This document shows positions 61,201 to 64,000 of a DNA stretch of 64,000 bases, in pieces. The number at the start of each line of letters is the position of its first letter. The stretch's first letter is position 1. Both the position numbers and the translations under genes were made by a program. Below the pieces are notes generated by a model. It saw nothing but the letters and a program-made list of their open reading frames with translations. It was not told the origin of the DNA and did no database searches. Source of the DNA: Hormiphora californensis (taxonomy: Eukaryota; Animalia; Ctenophora); contig CM035351.1 in the NCBI GenBank assembly GCA_020137815.1, positions 434,001 through 498,000 of the forward strand, read 5' to 3'.

Positions 61201-63329
61201 ACACATTTTGGTGTGGTTATAGTTGTCTCTACCCCGTTTCTAACGGAAGTTACATTTCTCCTTCTCCAGTTTTTATCAAAATTTCTAAGTTTAATCGCAT
61301 AATTATGCAACTTTTGCATCCAGTCGCGTCGCAATCTCCACTTGTACGATGTTCAGGAGGGTCCATATTAACATGTCCCATCAAGAAATATGGCGCCGTC
61401 GGGCGCCGTCTAAACTATTTTTACTTTTTTCGCTTAAAAAATGGGTCAATTTTTACCATGCACACGGAATTTTTCACTGAGAGCAGACAGTAAAACATAA
61501 TTTCATGAACTTAAAACCACAAAAAAGATAAATTTATGTTTTATAATATCATGCAATGAAATTTTGGAGAAAACATGTACATAATTCCGAAAAAAAGGTA
61601 TAAAAACAGCCAATTTAAACTTTGAAAACTGAATCAAGTGTGAAAATTTCCATATGCGCATCATATTTTTAGTCATAACTCGGTCGTATCTCAATATTTT
61701 TTGATGCGACTTTTTTTAGCCGATAGAACAGACAATTTCCTACAAATATACGAAGTTTCAGCAAAATTTATTTTTTCCCTAATATAGCATCGTTACCCAC
61801 TGTGCTTACTGACTGCTGTACTAAGCCACAGTCCCACCATAATACCGACAATAACCATTACCTTGGGAAGTCTAGTCTGTAAGTTATTGATCTTCAGTTG
61901 ATCCTCTGTAGATTTCTGGTTTGCTAGTTTCAACTCTCCTTTAAAGTGGGAGATGGTCTTGGATAGGGCACCGATCCTGGGAAGAATGATGCGTTAACTT
62001 CTCTCAGCTGTCCCTCTCCTCTCCTGTCCCTCTCCTGTCCCTCTCCTGTCCCTATTCCCTAATAACAATCCAGCCCACTATGGCACTATTTTCTGAAAAC
62101 TAAGCAACTCTAACTGGTGGGTTTAGCTGAGTTTTGTTCCATTACTTATTAATAACTGGAACAGATTCCTCCTCAGTGAAGTCCTGGTCCTTCAGAAACT
62201 TGATGATCTCATCCACAATCGGCTGCACTTCCTTATTTGGATTGAATTCCTCTTGTACGGGAGGGGGAGTGTTCACCGACACCTGCAGATACTGGGGTGT
62301 AGTGTTGAGAAAATATATTTGAAACTATTTCAGGACCCCTTTACTTCAGGCCAGTGCTCTGACAGTAGAAACTAGGTTTGATACCCATGGTGCTATAATA
62401 TCAGTCCCCCTCTTTTTTACCCTGCGGAGAGAGTTAGCCAGGCCGGCTAGTTGGTTCCTATCAGTCATCCGGGAGAGCATTCCCATATTTCTACTAGCAC
62501 GTCTTGCCCGGGGGTTACTAGCCATCATCTCGGATATCTCCGACTTGAGGCGACTGAGGGGAGTTTCAAACTTTTAGGCGAGCAAATAAAGGGAGAATTC
62601 GCTTTGAATTGAAATAAGTAGGTATTATTCAATTATTGAATAGCAGGAATGCATAATTAATTACCTGAGCGTGGCGTTACATGTATGAATGTTTTTCTGA
62701 ATGTTGCTCTTATGTTTGGCGTTCTCTGAGAACAGATCCGATATGGCCTAGAGGGAGGTTGCATCATCGAACATTGTAGGAGTCAGGGAACATGTGGGGG
62801 TCAGGGAACTGGGAACATGATACTGAACTCCAATTAGTACTCCAATAACTCACACTAATAGCTGCTGGTTCATTCCACTCTTCCTCCCCCTCTTCATCAG
62901 TCTCTAAATCGTCTTCACTCCCATTTCTTGGATGGTGAATTGTCTCCAGCCTGAACAGCAGATCCTCAATCAGGTCCTCTAATCCCTGCAGTAACTCTCC
63001 TCCCTCCTCATTTCTCGCTTGGAGGCTCTCCGAGATAAGAGAACAAACTCTGATGTTTTCTGATGCCTGCGGGGGGACGTGGAATGGGTGATTGGTCCAA
63101 CTGATTGGAGAAGAATCAACAATTTAAGAAGAATAGAATAGATACCTACATCTCTGGCAATTATATGATCATCATCAGGACCATCATCTAAAAACTTTAG
63201 CCGCTCATTGAACAGCTGATACTCGTCAGCTAACTCAACCCGGCAGCGAGCTTCCTGTGCCGCCTCAATGTCATTAAATATGCTGGTATCGAACAAATCC
63301 TCTATATTGTCGGGTGTCGTAGAATCCAT
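55268..63329 (-). CDS. Large multi-exon coiled-coil protein of unknown function
   Basis: ATG 63329 (MDSTTPDNIEDLFD..). Many minus-strand exons bounded by CT..AC on the plus strand encode E/K/R-rich helical segments (LEESRVRLSQQCEKLKED, EVASLRDNVKQLED, QSERGMEKVREFISKEK), then an S/T/P-rich region; probable stop at 55268. Confidence 0.7.
60531..61804. mobile_element. Non-autonomous Transib-like element with CACAGTG termini
   Basis: CACAGTGGGTAA at 60531 and TTACCCACTGTG ending at 61804; 5-bp TSD CTTAC (60526-60530, 61805-61809); second TIR block ATGCTATATTAGGGAA at both ends. Confidence 0.88.
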
Positions 63330-64000
63330 CAGTCATGGTATGGTACTGCAGACAAAAAGTTGAAAAAGCTAAGCTTCATATTTCGAAAACAAAAGAGGAC
63401 GTGTCGAGAACAGAAAGCATACGGGAGAGAAGAGCAAAGTAATCAAATAAAATATGGCCAATTACCGAGCTACTAGGTATATGTAATTGACTTAGGGGGT
63501 CACCGCACCGTGACATTGGCAATGTCATACAAAGCTGCAAGAGAAGCAAACTGAAACTATACACGAAATGTATAAGCAACTTTACACACAGTCAACAAAA
63601 TGTATTCTGTTACACTGGTTATCGCGCGTTGTACATTCATCTGCACGTGCCAAATCTGAGCCGCGCGCCATGAATCCTCACAAAGTATTGTGATAGCGCA
63701 CGCGGTTATTTGACTTTTACACTGCAACACGACGCGCAATCAAAAAACCTCTACGCGCGCGCTAAAATTTCGCAGGAAAATGACTTTTCAGTTTTCCCTT
63801 TCTTGGATTTTCACTTTTTGTTTTTCAATTTCGATTTTCGTTCCGTCTTACTACGTTTATTTAATAGAACGTTTTGCTCATATCTGACCAAAAGTAATGT
63901 CTCAGCCAGCATGGGCTAGCTGGCCCTTACCTCCAAGTGAGTTATGAGCAATTATGTGTCCGAGAGTGGACGAAAATGCCAGCCTCAAATTTAGAGTAGT

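Overview
Eukaryotic (animal) genomic DNA with GT-AG introns, many (GA)n microsatellites and MITEs. A non-bilaterian host such as a ctenophore is an inference only. Left to right: (1) a head-to-tail array of five 2OG-Fe(II) dioxygenase paralogues of a fungal/bacterial-looking family (2.8-16.8 kb). Each has one conserved intron, a near-invariant catalytic core, a hypervariable aromatic loop and a KEN/NLS-like tail, and four carry an SRG(C/S/T)SP motif. (2) A multi-exon p70 S6 kinase gene, whose upstream DNA is duplicated in front of oxygenase copy 5. (3) A near-intact CR1/L2-type LINE ORF2 and an older retroelement fragment. (4) A Clock-like bHLH-PAS gene with a Q-rich heptad tail; one intron holds a 3.8-kb mini-Polinton/Maverick (AGTAGT ends, 6-bp TSD, satellite, two orphan ORFs). 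(5) A convergent multi-exon coiled-coil gene whose intron holds a Transib-like element with CACAGTG ends, a 5-bp TSD and asymmetric spacers. Many palindromic MITEs are present. The stretch at about 43.5-44.2 kb and several single-base frameshifts look like sequencing error. All calls are by eye, with no database searches.
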